The notes under the pieces are model-generated. The model was not told the origin of the DNA, did no database searches, and saw nothing but the letters and a program-made list of their open reading frames with translations. A stretch of DNA of 63,102 nt, filler included, from Chiloscyllium plagiosum (taxonomy: Eukaryota): assembly GCF_004010195.1 (NCBI RefSeq). It is 3 parts of one record of this genome, joined end to end, with 100 filler letters (N's around TTAATTAATTAA, not from the genome) between each part and the next. Parts side by side here need not be neighbours in the genome. Positions count along the whole stretch, not along the records: positions 37,162 to 63,102 come from NC_057714.1; 2 more parts are not named here. One strand, given 5' to 3'. This document shows, one piece after another, positions 62,056 to 63,102 of the stretch (position 1 is the stretch's first letter; every line of letters starts with the position of its first letter). The translations under genes and the position numbers were made by a program.

Positions 62056-62457
62056 AGTACACATCACATCTAAAATGGTGTGAGATGGGAAGTGCTGTTT
62101 CTCAGGTGGACCTGAGTTCATCTTTAGATACAGTTGCTAAAATCTAGGTGTATTGACCTACATTGCAAGAGAATTTCAATGCAGAATTGAATTCAGAAAG
62201 TCTGGCTCTATTTTTTTGACTGCACTCTTCAGATTCCCTCCATAGCAATAGGAAGAGAAATAGTTTCTCTCCATCTGCACCATCTGCTCCCTAAATGCCA
62301 TGAAAACTTGGACTGGAACTTCCATTAATCTTCTACAATCCAAAGAATGCAGCCTTAGTTTGTGGAATCTCATTTTAACGCTTCTATCGCCGGAAATCCA
62401 CACTGTACGGTGTGCTGACCACATCTGCACACAGTCCTCCAGGTGAGGTCTAATTTG

Positions 62458-62590
62458 TTAAAAAAAATCGCACAACACCAGGTTATAGTCCAACAGGTTT
62501 AATTGGAAGCACTAGCTTTCAGAGCGCTGCTCCTTCATCAGGTGATTTTTAACTTTGTCCACCCCAGTCAAACACTGGCACCTCCAAATC
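62458..62590. mobile_element. Compact PLE family B inverted insertion with TSD
   Basis: Reverse hammerhead cacctgatgaaggagcagcgctctgaaagctagtg; aggtctaat(t/c)tg repeated at 62446-62457 and 62591-62602. Confidence 0.8.
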
Positions 62591-63029
62591 AGGTCTAATC
62601 TGGACTGAGACAGGACTTCTGTATTGTATACCAGCCTGCTCTGCCTCCCATTATCTAGTCTGATGATATTCTGTATGATTACACTTTCACGAGCTCTGTA
62701 CCTCAACCTCAAAGTCTCTTTCGGTTTCCACTGTTCCTAGATTGTCTCTATTTCAACAGTACCATGTTCTGAGCTGTACAAGTGGCCGACCTCACATTGA
62801 GCTGGATTGAAATCCATGTGTTGCACTGTTTCCATATTGGGACATGTTGCTAACAGCTTCATTCAGCACTGTAGGAGACCATTCGGCCCACCTTGTGGAT
62901 GGCTGGCTCTTAGAAAGACCTCTCAAATGCACACCGCTTCCCTTCAGATGGACAAATTTGTCCTTTTGAAGTGTTAATCTGATTCACTTTAGAAAATATC
63001 CAATGCCTCTGCTTATGGAGTCTGATGAT

Positions 63030-63031
<2 letters not shown>

Positions 63032-63102
<71 letters not shown>
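63032..63102. repeat. Perfect (TG)n microsatellite
   Basis: Visible directly; runs to the window end. Confidence 0.98.

Overview
This is vertebrate nuclear DNA, most likely from a cartilaginous fish (shark). That is an inference from the repeat content: HE1-type V-SINEs, CR1 LINEs, Deu-type SINE remnants and Penelope-like elements. I found no host protein-coding gene, rRNA, functional tRNA or CRISPR array. Nearly all long ORFs come from decayed retroelements, tandem repeats or N-gaps. Main contents: many CR1 LINE fragments, including one near full-length copy (SGNH-esterase ORF1 plus broken EN/RT ORF2, about 12.4-16.5 kb); Tx1, RTE and Zenon/L2-like LINE fragments; several SINE families; solo LTRs with TSDs; a 4.6 kb quasi-palindromic satellite; a 15-bp minisatellite; and many Penelope-like (PLE) remnants. 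The most notable signal is about five PLE terminal-repeat families that each carry a minimal type-I hammerhead ribozyme core (CUGANGA, stem II, GAAA, palindromic stem III, NUH). Several occur as compact inverted-repeat insertions with a ~35-nt tail and 12-15-bp TSDs. Also notable are a SINE whose body and tail match the 5' region and 3' end of one LINE type, and a minisatellite patch apparently copied to a nearby site with a 10-bp duplication. All calls were made by eye without alignment tools, so boundaries are approximate.
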